Shown here: positions 9,893 through 17,240 of the stretch, in pieces
Position numbering within the stretch: position 1 is the stretch's first letter
Layout: each line of letters begins with the position of its first letter
Source of the DNA: Gemmatimonadota bacterium
GTDB lineage: Bacteria > Gemmatimonadota > Gemmatimonadetes > Gemmatimonadales > GWC2-71-9
Direction: 5' to 3'
NCBI GenBank assembly: GCA_039591655.1
Contig: JBDHDE010000056.1
Coordinates: 1-18,745, forward strand
DNA length: 18,745 nucleotides
The notes under the pieces: model-generated
The model's input: only the letters and a program-made list of their open reading frames with translations
Database searches by the model: none
What the model was told of the DNA's origin: nothing
Program-made: the position numbers and the translations under genes

Positions 9893-10933
9893 ATGTACGC
9901 CACCTGCCTGTACTGCAATCACCGCCTGGGCGGCAACGAGGTCATCGAGCCCTTTCCGGTGGGCCGGCGCGTGGCGTTCGACGCGGCCAGGGGGCGGCTC
10001 TGGGTGGTGTGCCGCAGCTGCGAGCGGTGGAACCTCACGCCGTTCGAGCAGCGCTGGGAGGCAGTGGAGCACTGCGAGCGCCGCTTCCGGGACGCCCGCA
10101 AGCGGGTAACAAGCGAGAACGTCGGGCTGGCCCGCCTGGATGAGGGCCTGGAGCTCGTCCGCATCGGGGAGCCTTTGCGTCCTGAGTTCGCGTCCTGGCG
10201 CTACGGTGACCAATTCGGCCGGCGGCGCCGCAGGACCGCGCTGGCGGGGGCGGGCGTCGCGGCGGCCGGCGGGCTTGCCGTGGTAGGTGGTGCGGCCCTC
10301 GGCGCCGCCGCTCTGGGAGGGATCGGGCTGTACCAGCTGATCGCCAGGAAGGTCAGGACCGCCTGGGAGCGGCGGCTCGTGGCCCGCGTCCCGACGCACG
10401 AGGGCGAGACCCTCACCGTGCTGGGCGAACACCTGGCTGGCGTGCGGCTCCGCCCGGACTTCGAGAGCGAGGACGGGTGGAGCCTCGAGCTGCCCCACGC
10501 CGAGGGCACCCGCTTCCTGCGGGGGACCCACGCCCTGAATGCCGTCGCGCTGACGAGCCCCAAGGTGAACTGGTCCGGCGCTCCCCCTTTGAGCACCGGC
10601 CAGGCGGTGAAGTTACTGGAACGCTTCGACAACCCCGAGCAGTACCTGCTGGCGGCGGCCCACGTCGCCGAGGGTAAGGGGCCGGGCCACAAGGTGCTGG
10701 CCAAGCTCCCGGCGCGGGTGCGCCTCGCCGTGGAAATGGCGGCCCACGAGGAGAACGAGCGGATCGCCATGGAGGGCGACCTGGTGCTGCTGGAGCTGGA
10801 TTGGAAGGAGGCCGAAGAGATCGCGGCCATCGCCGACAGCCTCCTCATTCCAGCGGAGGTCGAGGAACAGCTCGAGGAGCTGCGGCGCGGAGACAAGCCG
10901 CGCTTCTACCCGCGCCGCTCTCGCCCACAGTGA
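9893..10933 (+). CDS. Hypothetical membrane-anchored protein with N-terminal CxxC...CxxC motif
   Basis: MYATCLYC...LWVVCRSCERWNLTP; poly-Arg then Gly/Ala hydrophobic segment; acidic helical C-terminus (EMAAHEENER...WKEAEEIAAIADSL). Confidence 0.85.
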   Translation: MYATCLYCNHRLGGNEVIEPFPVGRRVAFDAARGRLWVVCRSCERWNLTPFEQRWEAVEHCERRFRDARKRVTSENVGLARLDEGLELVRIGEPLRPEFASWRYGDQFGRRRRRTALAGAGVAAAGGLAVVGGAALGAAALGGIGLYQLIARKVRTAWERRLVARVPTHEGETLTVLGEHLAGVRLRPDFESEDGWSLELPHAEGTRFLRGTHALNAVALTSPKVNWSGAPPLSTGQAVKLLERFDNPEQYLLAAAHVAEGKGPGHKVLAKLPARVRLAVEMAAHEENERIAMEGDLVLLELDWKEAEEIAAIADSLLIPAEVEEQLEELRRGDKPRFYPRRSRPQ

Positions 10934-12198
10934 ACATCACCGTCATCACCGTCGGATCCCGGGGCGACGTCCAGCCCTACGTCGCCCTCGCTGCGGGGCT
11001 CAAGGCCGCCGGGCACGACGTGCAACTGGCCACGCACCGCAACTTCGAGCCGCTCATCCGCGGGCGGGGGCTTGAGTTCGCCCCGGTAGAGGGAAACCCC
11101 CGTGCGGCAGTGGAGTCCGATCTGGGGCAGGAGTGGCTCGCCACCGGCAGCAACGCCCTCGCGTTCGTGCGACACATGGCGAGGATCATGCGACCGATGA
11201 TGGCGCAGGCGGCCCGTGACTGTCTCGACGCGTCCCGGCACGCCGACCTCATCATCTACTCCATGTTGGGATGGCTCGCGGCCCACCACCTCACGGAGCA
11301 CCTGGGTGTCCCCGGCATGGCGGCGTACCTCCAGCCTGCCCATCCCACCAGGGCGTTCCCGCCCATCACCGACGTCTCTCGGATCAGGCTCGGTGGCCGC
11401 TACAACCGCCTGACGTATCTCGTAGGAGAGCAGGTCTTCTGGCTCGTGTTCCGCACGGGGGTGAACGAGGCGCGCCGCGAGGTGCTCGGTCTCCCCCCGC
11501 TCCCGCTGCGCGCGCCGTTTCCGGAGGCCCGCCGCCGGGGCGCGCCCGCCCTCTACGGCTACAGCCCCACGGTACTCCCCAAGCCCTCCGACTGGCCGGA
11601 CTGGGTGCGCGTGACCGGCTACTGGTTCCTGGACCGGACCGCCGACTGGCGCCCCGCGCCCGAGCTGGTCCGCTTCCTCGAGTCCGGCCCGCCCCCGGTG
11701 TACGTCGGATTCGGCAGCATGCACGCCCGGAGCGCTCCCTCTCTCACCGCTACGGTGGTTGAGGCGCTGCGGCGCACGGGCCAACGGGGAATTCTGCTCT
11801 CGGGGTGGGGGGCGCTCACCGACACCGGTCTGCCCGACGGTATCACCGCCGTAGACTCGGTCCCGCACGACTGGCTGTTCCCGCAGACGGCGGCCGTGGT
11901 ACATCACGCCGGCGCCGGCACGACTGGAGCGGGACTCCGAGCGGGCGTCCCCACCGTCGCGATTCCGTTCTTCGCCGACCAGCCGTTCTGGGCGAGACGG
12001 GTGTTCGACCTGGGAGCGGGCCCCAGGCCGATCCCGCTGAAGCGACTCACTGCCGAGCGCCTCGCCGGGGCCGTGCAGATCGCCGTGCAGGACGAGAGCG
12101 TCCGGGCCCGGGCCGCCGAGGTGGGCGAGGCGATTCGGGCCGAGGACGGCGTGGCGCAGGCGGTGGAGGCCGTGGAAGAGCTCAGAGCACGATCGTGA
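10930..12198 (+). CDS. GT1-family UDP-glycosyltransferase, sterol 3-beta-glucosyltransferase-like
   Basis: GTG start overlapping the upstream TGA; GSRGDVQPY, PKPSDW, VTGYWFL, VYVGFGSM, VPHDWLFP, HHAGAGTT and PFFADQPFW motifs. Confidence 0.93.
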   Translation: MNITVITVGSRGDVQPYVALAAGLKAAGHDVQLATHRNFEPLIRGRGLEFAPVEGNPRAAVESDLGQEWLATGSNALAFVRHMARIMRPMMAQAARDCLDASRHADLIIYSMLGWLAAHHLTEHLGVPGMAAYLQPAHPTRAFPPITDVSRIRLGGRYNRLTYLVGEQVFWLVFRTGVNEARREVLGLPPLPLRAPFPEARRRGAPALYGYSPTVLPKPSDWPDWVRVTGYWFLDRTADWRPAPELVRFLESGPPPVYVGFGSMHARSAPSLTATVVEALRRTGQRGILLSGWGALTDTGLPDGITAVDSVPHDWLFPQTAAVVHHAGAGTTGAGLRAGVPTVAIPFFADQPFWARRVFDLGAGPRPIPLKRLTAERLAGAVQIAVQDESVRARAAEVGEAIRAEDGVAQAVEAVEELRARS

Positions 12199-12718
12199 GC
12201 ACGATGACCAGGACGCACACCGGACCGAGCAGCGCCAGCTCGGGCCACAGCCCATCCCATACCTCCTGCACGGACCGGCACGATCCCCAGTCGGTGATCT
12301 GATCGATCAGGGGTCGGCGAGAATACCATCGCTTGCCGTGCAGCGGCCAGAAGATGCCGATGCCGTACCCTCGCGCTCCCAGAGCGGGACCCGTCGTGAA
12401 GACGTCGAGCACGGGGTGGGCCGCGAGCGCGACCACCCAGGCAAGCAGCACCCGCTCGTCCAGCGGTATCCCCAGCTGCCGGACCGCGACCCACCCCACC
12501 AGCGCCAGCACGCCAACGAGCACCAATGAGTGCGAGGCGTTGCGGTGGTAGCGGGGTCCCCTCAACCCGAGCCACTCGAGCACGAGGTCCATGTCGGGCA
12601 GCCCGCTGGCGATGAAGGCGCCCACCCACAGCTCCAGCGAGCGGGGTGCGCCGGTCAGGCGGACCACGATTGCGGCCGACGCGAGACCCACGAGTACGTG
12701 TCCGGCAGGTGAAGCCAC
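12182..12718 (-). CDS. YdjM-like membrane metal-dependent hydrolase
   Basis: (M)ASPAGH, LPDMD, HRNASHSL, HPVLD motifs with TM segments; GTG 12718 preferred over 12724. Confidence 0.88.
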   Translation of the reverse strand: MASPAGHVLVGLASAAIVVRLTGAPRSLELWVGAFIASGLPDMDLVLEWLGLRGPRYHRNASHSLVLVGVLALVGWVAVRQLGIPLDERVLLAWVVALAAHPVLDVFTTGPALGARGYGIGIFWPLHGKRWYSRRPLIDQITDWGSCRSVQEVWDGLWPELALLGPVCVLVIVLTIVL

Positions 12719-12725
12719 GAGCACA

Positions 12726-12731
12726 ACGATA
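12726..12731 (-). promoter_or_regulatory. -10 hexamer for a leaderless transcript
   Basis: TATCGT 7 nt upstream of GTG 12718; no SD present. Confidence 0.4.
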
Positions 12732-12751
12732 CGAAGTGGCGGTGCGGCGGG

Positions 12752-14950
12752 CTACTCCGAGCGGAATGCCTCCGGATGTTCCCTGATGTATCGGAGGCGC
12801 AGCGGCGACAGGGCATCGCTCAACGAGTCGAACTCCTCGTCCAGCTCACCCAACTCCGTCTGCCGAGCCGCTCGCTGAAACGCGTGCCAGTCACCTTTCG
12901 CCCGCAGCTTGGCACGACTCCCGCTCTCTGCGGAATCGACGGCCGCGGCTCGGGCGAACAGCGCGGCGTGCTGGACTGCACCGATGGTCAGGAGGGCCTC
13001 GTGCGTCTCCCCCACGTCCCGCCCCTCGGTATCCCAGAAGTACTGCAGGAAGCCTCCGTTGCTGACGTCGACTTCGAGCTGCCAGGCCGTGTAGACGATG
13101 CGAGCCCCCTCGGGAAGCGCCTGCCGTGTGCGCTCCCAATCGCCGTCGAAGCCTCCGAGGAGCATGAACACTTCCTCGATGACGGCTGCCTCAACCTCGT
13201 CGTCCGCGAGCGCACCGAGGCGCTCCGGAGTGAGCTCCCACGACGTGCGGAGTCCATTACCGCCCCACAACGACGGCACGACCTGCCGCACCACGAGGTA
13301 GCCGTAGCCCGCCACAGGTCCGAGCAGCAGCGCGCCGTATAGTGCCGCCCCTCCCAATGCAACGGCCAGCGTGGGAGGCCGCGCTTCCAGGTGAGTCAGC
13401 ACGCCCTTGGCGAGGAGAAAGCGACGCGCCCGGGAGAGCGAGGCGTAGGCCGCCTCGTTGAGCAGGCGAAACACGGCAACCAGTTTCTCGGTGCGCGCAG
13501 CTTCGGGCGGAACTCGTCCCGCGACGCGGCGCGCCATCTTGCCCCAGCGCCACTTGGCGGGGATCGCGATGGCCGTGAGCGCCGTCAACAAACCGAGGAT
13601 CGGATCCCGCAGGAGCAGCGCCCCGAGCGCAAAGAGCCCGGCACTGAACACGAGGAACAGGGTCTGCGCTTGTGGCAGCCGGCTCAAGAACAGCGTCTCA
13701 ACGATGCGCCCCCCGTCCAGCGGCACGAACGGAAGCAGATTGAAGTAGTTGACGATCAGCGCCAGCACCGCGAGCTCGAGCACCCACGTCGGCCCCTCCG
13801 CCAGCCAGGCCGGCCCGGCGTACAGGTACAGGTAGAGGTACACCAGCCCGAGGACCACACCGGGCAGCGGCCCCATCAGGTAGACGATCACTCGTTGCGC
13901 GGCCGTGGCGTCGTCCTTGCGCCCCACCGCCGCCCCGCCCAGGAACGGCACGAAGAACACGCTCCGATCGCGGTAGCCGAACAGCGTCATCCCCGCGAGA
14001 TGGCCCAGCTCGTGGAACAGCACGACGAGGAACAGGAGGGGTACCATCTCCCACGAGAAGAGCCAGCCGAACACGACCAGGAACCCGCCGGCGCCCAGTA
14101 CGAACGAGATGGCGCGCCCGAGTCCCGACCGGGGACGCCGGCGCTCCGCCGCCTCGAACCGCTCGTAGGCGTATACCTCGGCGGCTACCCGAGCTTCACC
14201 GTTCAGCGCGCTCGCGCGCCGCGGCGTCTCGTGGCCTTCCCTGGCGTCGCCGGTGCGACGAACCCCACCGAGCATCTTCTGCCCGAAGCGCCAGGCCGCC
14301 GGCGACCGCAGCCGCCACTCCTCGCGACCCCGGACGCGACGCAGCGTGCCGATCCGCTCCAGGTGCTCCGGGATCTCCGCCAGCATTGCCTCGTCCCGGG
14401 CAACGAACTCTGCGGGCGTGTAGCGCACAGTCACTTCCGTGACCGGCTTGGACGCGATCGCCCGGCGGTGCGCCTCCCACTGCTCCGTGGGATCGTTGAG
14501 GAAATGATCGTAGCACTCCCATGTGGGCGGCAGCGCCAGCGCCAGGTGCTCGACGCCATCGAACGTGGCCACCACGCTGCCGCTCTCGTACGCCGTGGTG
14601 AACACCACATCGAACACCCGAGGTCCGTTCTCCAGGGCGGATGGGTTGGCCGCCGCGTAGCTGTTCGTCTCCGGATGCACGAACACCAGGTACGGGCGTC
14701 GCCCCTCATGGGTCACCAGCCCATCGGTCCACTGGGCGTGCGAGTACTGGAAGCCCAGCTCTCGCAGCGTTTGCACGATTTCCTCGAAGACCGGGCGCAG
14801 GGGCGCCGGCAGTGTCGTGGGATCAGTCAGCTCCACACGTGGGCGGCGGAACCGGAGCCCCAACACGTGGATCCAGGCGTACGCTCGCGGAAACGCCCAG
14901 AGAACCAGGATGAGACCACCTGCGATGAATAGGACAGCGTCCACGCCCAT
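12752..14950 (-). CDS. Site-2 protease (peptidase M50) with N-terminal soluble domain and C-terminal DUF4375/DMP19-like domain
   Basis: HELGH (~14000-14014), MGPLPG, FNLLPFVPLDGGRI; C-terminal EVDVSNGGFLQYFWD...YIREHPEAF; GAGG RBS. Confidence 0.9.
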   Translation of the reverse strand: MGVDAVLFIAGGLILVLWAFPRAYAWIHVLGLRFRRPRVELTDPTTLPAPLRPVFEEIVQTLRELGFQYSHAQWTDGLVTHEGRRPYLVFVHPETNSYAAANPSALENGPRVFDVVFTTAYESGSVVATFDGVEHLALALPPTWECYDHFLNDPTEQWEAHRRAIASKPVTEVTVRYTPAEFVARDEAMLAEIPEHLERIGTLRRVRGREEWRLRSPAAWRFGQKMLGGVRRTGDAREGHETPRRASALNGEARVAAEVYAYERFEAAERRRPRSGLGRAISFVLGAGGFLVVFGWLFSWEMVPLLFLVVLFHELGHLAGMTLFGYRDRSVFFVPFLGGAAVGRKDDATAAQRVIVYLMGPLPGVVLGLVYLYLYLYAGPAWLAEGPTWVLELAVLALIVNYFNLLPFVPLDGGRIVETLFLSRLPQAQTLFLVFSAGLFALGALLLRDPILGLLTALTAIAIPAKWRWGKMARRVAGRVPPEAARTEKLVAVFRLLNEAAYASLSRARRFLLAKGVLTHLEARPPTLAVALGGAALYGALLLGPVAGYGYLVVRQVVPSLWGGNGLRTSWELTPERLGALADDEVEAAVIEEVFMLLGGFDGDWERTRQALPEGARIVYTAWQLEVDVSNGGFLQYFWDTEGRDVGETHEALLTIGAVQHAALFARAAAVDSAESGSRAKLRAKGDWHAFQRAARQTELGELDEEFDSLSDALSPLRLRYIREHPEAFRSE

Positions 14951-15067
14951 GTCTCGCCTCGCATGCGCCGCCGCAGTCAGCCGGTAGCGGCGCGTATTGA
15001 AGGGAGTAGGGCGTCGGTCAGGGCGGCGCCGTGAGGACGGTCACCGAGCACACAGATGCGGGGCCCG

Positions 15068-15113
15068 AAGACAGAACCGCGCCGTCGGCACCGAACAACC
15101 GACGACGCGGCCC
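15068..15113 (-). terminator. Intrinsic terminator, minus strand
   Basis: Minus strand CCGCGTCGTCGG-loop-CCGACGGCGCGG followed by TTCTGTCTT; the one irregular pair is G-U on minus but A-C on plus. Confidence 0.7.
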
Positions 15114-15185
15114 ATGACCTGCGCAACCTGGAGCGATCGCCGTGCGGCGCTCGATCAGAGGCGCAGATCGCGATTCGGTCCTGGA

Positions 15186-15248
15186 TCAGCTACCGATACG
15201 GCGATCGCTTGCCCATACCAGGTTGCGCTCCGGTTTATTACTGGACAA
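15186..15248 (-). CDS. Candidate small peptide MSSNKPERNLVWASDRRIGS (20 aa)
   Basis: TTG start 7 nt after AGGAGG within AGGAGGTGATCCA; TGA at 15188-15186. Translation unproven. Confidence 0.4.
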   Translation of the reverse strand: MSSNKPERNLVWASDRRIGS

Positions 15249-15296
15249 TGGATCACCTCCTCTCTACGGGTTCACGGATCGGGCGTGGACGCCTAG

Positions 15297-15325
15297 ATAG
15301 TGGTGACTTCCGGTCGTTCGGGCAA
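15297..15325 (-). promoter_or_regulatory. Sigma70-like promoter for the small RNA
   Basis: TTGCCC (15325-15320)-17 nt-CACTAT (15302-15297). Confidence 0.45.
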
Positions 15326-15342
15326 TAGCGCGAGTTTATGCC

Positions 15343-16557
15343 ATGACCCACCCCGACCTCACACCCCGCATCCTCCAGGTGGACGCCGATGCGTTCTACG
15401 TGCAGGTGGCTCGCCTGCGGGACCCGGAGGGAGCCGGGCGGGCCGAGCTCCTGCTGGTGGGCGGCTCGCCCCAGGGCCGGGGGGTGGTCACGTCGGCGTC
15501 GTACGCCGCGCGCAAGCACGGCGCGCGCTCCGGCATGCCAACGGCCCAGGCCCTCCGTCTGTGCCCGGACGCCACGGTCGTAGGCGTGCCGCGGCGGGCC
15601 TGCAGTGACAAGAGCCGGGCCATCGTCGCCGTGCTGGAGCAGTTCACGCCGGTTGTGGAGCCCGCCTCCATCGACGAGATGTACCTCGACCTCACGGGCA
15701 CCGAGGGGCTCTACCGCGGCGAGACCCTGGAGGACACGGCCCGGCGCATCCGCCGCACGGTGCTCCAGCAGACCGAGATCGCCGTTTCCATCGGCGGCGG
15801 CACGACGCGGCTGGTTGCCAAGCTCGCCGCCAAGCGCGCCAAGCCGCACCGCACGCCGGAGGCCGGCGGGGTGGTGGTGGTCCCGCCTGGGAGCGAGGCG
15901 GCATTTCTCCAGGGTTTCGACCTTGCCGACATCCCCGGCGTTGGTCCCCGGTTCCAGGACCGGCTCCGTGCACTCGGTCTCGTCTCGGTGCGCGACGCGC
16001 TGCGCCACGACCTCGCCACGCTGCAGCGCTGGCTCGGTGAGCGCGCCGGGCAGTGGCTCCACCGGCGCATCAGGGGCATCGACTCCTCGCCGGTGGAGCA
16101 CCGTGCCCGCGCCAAGTCCATCAGCCGGGACGAGACGTTCGCTCGCGATCTCGACCGCAACCAAGATCTGACGCGTGAGCTCCTCCGCCTCGCCGACCGG
16201 GCCACCGCCGACCTGCGGCGCCACGGTTGGGCGGCGCGCACCATCACGGTGAGGATCCGGGACCACGACTTCACCACCCGCCAGAAGAGCCTCACCCTCA
16301 AGCAGCCGGTGATCTCGGACCGCGTGGTCGCATCCGTGGCCAAGGCGCTGCTAGAGCGCCTGCGCAAGGCACGGCGGGTGCCGGCCCGGCTCCTCGGCGT
16401 GTCGCTCGCGAGCCTCTGCCTCCAGGACGAGGTCGACCAACTCTCCCTGTTCGAGGAGGTGGAGGGACCGGAGACGGTGCGGGACCGCGCCCTGGCCCGG
16501 GCGATCGATCAGGTGCGGGAGAAGTTCGGGCACGACGCCGTGGGGCGTGGGGCCTGA
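15343..16557 (+). CDS. dinB: DNA polymerase IV (Y family)
   Basis: VDADAFYVQV, GVVTSASYAARKHG, SIDEMYLD, AKLAA, IPGVG, KSISRDETF and C-terminal QLSLF clamp-binding motif. Confidence 0.95.
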   Translation: MTHPDLTPRILQVDADAFYVQVARLRDPEGAGRAELLLVGGSPQGRGVVTSASYAARKHGARSGMPTAQALRLCPDATVVGVPRRACSDKSRAIVAVLEQFTPVVEPASIDEMYLDLTGTEGLYRGETLEDTARRIRRTVLQQTEIAVSIGGGTTRLVAKLAAKRAKPHRTPEAGGVVVVPPGSEAAFLQGFDLADIPGVGPRFQDRLRALGLVSVRDALRHDLATLQRWLGERAGQWLHRRIRGIDSSPVEHRARAKSISRDETFARDLDRNQDLTRELLRLADRATADLRRHGWAARTITVRIRDHDFTTRQKSLTLKQPVISDRVVASVAKALLERLRKARRVPARLLGVSLASLCLQDEVDQLSLFEEVEGPETVRDRALARAIDQVREKFGHDAVGRGA

Positions 16558-16590
16558 GCCGGAACTCCGCAATATAAGTTAAACCATTAT

Positions 16591-16606
16591 TGGCCAACTA
16601 CTTGCA
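16591..16606 (+). promoter_or_regulatory. Sigma54 (-24/-12) promoter candidate upstream of the globin
   Basis: TGGCCAACTACTTGCA has GG-N10-GC spacing with TGGC and TTGCA intact; 3 mismatches to TGGCACG; preceded by an AT-rich tract. Confidence 0.4.
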
Positions 16607-16749
16607 GGGCCGGACCCGGGCTCGCCGGCCGGCCGGCTCCCGCAAGCTCGGGCCGGATCCTCCCGGCTCCCCGCTGGACGCGCCGCCGCATAACCGATAG
16701 CTTTGGTCGGATAATTATCGGGTTTCACCCGGAGCGCCCTAGCCCCCCA

Positions 16750-17178
16750 ATGTCCGCAGAACCCGCAGCCGTCAATCAGCAAGACGCTGACACGGCGAAG
16801 GCCAGCTTTCAGCGCTGCTGCAAGGTCGAGCAGGAGTTCTTCCTGTCCTTCTACCGCAACTTCTTCAAGAACTGCCCGCAGGTCGAGCCGCTGTTCGCCG
16901 ACACCGATTTCCGGCGGCAGCACAAGCTGCTGAAGCACGCCATCGGCCTGCTGCTCATCTTCCCGAACCAACCCACGTCCGAGCCGACCATCCTGACGCG
17001 CGTCGCCGAGCGCCACAGCCATCGGGATCTCGACATAGACCCCTCGCTGTATCCGCCGTTCGTCGACAGCCTAATGCAGACGGTGAGAGAGCACGACCCC
17101 GAGTTCACCCCGGATGTCGAGCGTGCCTGGCGCACGACGATAGCGACCGGTATCGAATACATGCAGTCCAACCACTAG
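16750..17178 (+). CDS. Single-domain 3/3 globin
   Basis: FFLSFYRNFF (B10 Tyr), PQVEPLF (CD1 Phe), RQHKLL (E7 Gln), AERHS (F8 His), IDPSLYPPFVDSL, AW in helix H. Confidence 0.9.
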   Translation: MSAEPAAVNQQDADTAKASFQRCCKVEQEFFLSFYRNFFKNCPQVEPLFADTDFRRQHKLLKHAIGLLLIFPNQPTSEPTILTRVAERHSHRDLDIDPSLYPPFVDSLMQTVREHDPEFTPDVERAWRTTIATGIEYMQSNH

Positions 17179-17240
17179 ACGGCGGGAGCCGTCGCATGCG
17201 CCCTGCAAGCGGTGTCTGATCGAACTGGAGTGGAGCTGGC

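Larger units (their letters stand above)
15068..15290 (-). ncRNA. Candidate ~220-nt structured small RNA or leader RNA carrying a 20-codon ORF
   Basis: Bounded by promoter-like motif and terminator; perfect 11-bp (15121-15131/15218-15228) and 12-bp (15132-15143/15198-15209) stems; extended SD. Family unknown. Confidence 0.55.

Noticed and set aside
13818..13844. Short hexamer repeat encoding YLYLYLY
   Set aside because: In-frame, imperfect and inside a TM segment; no sign of a contingency locus.
10906..14932. Long antisense ORFs (10906-12255 minus, 13391-14932 plus) and similar shadows elsewhere
   Set aside because: Stop-poor mirror frames of well-supported genes, expected in high-GC DNA.
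15121..15228. SRP RNA, 6S RNA, tmRNA or retron msr-msd identity for the hairpin
   Set aside because: CAGGACCGAA is not followed by the SRP AGCAG motif; no two-sided central bubble; no tRNA-like ends; no reverse transcriptase in the window. cmscan would settle it.
15186..15248. Type I toxin
   Set aside because: Peptide is hydrophilic with no TM helix.
15230..15265. 16S rRNA gene remnant on the plus strand
   Set aside because: Only the terminal 13 nt match; the conserved upstream GTAACAAGGTA/helix 45 context is absent.
14997..15328. Plus-strand ORFs of 99 and 90 aa
   Set aside because: No recognisable motifs or good RBS; region better explained by the minus-strand structured unit.
15290..15342. 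LexA box upstream of dinB, and an SOS link with the YdjM-like gene
   Set aside because: No CTGT-N8-ACAG or GAAC-N4-GTTC seen; a lineage-specific box cannot be excluded.
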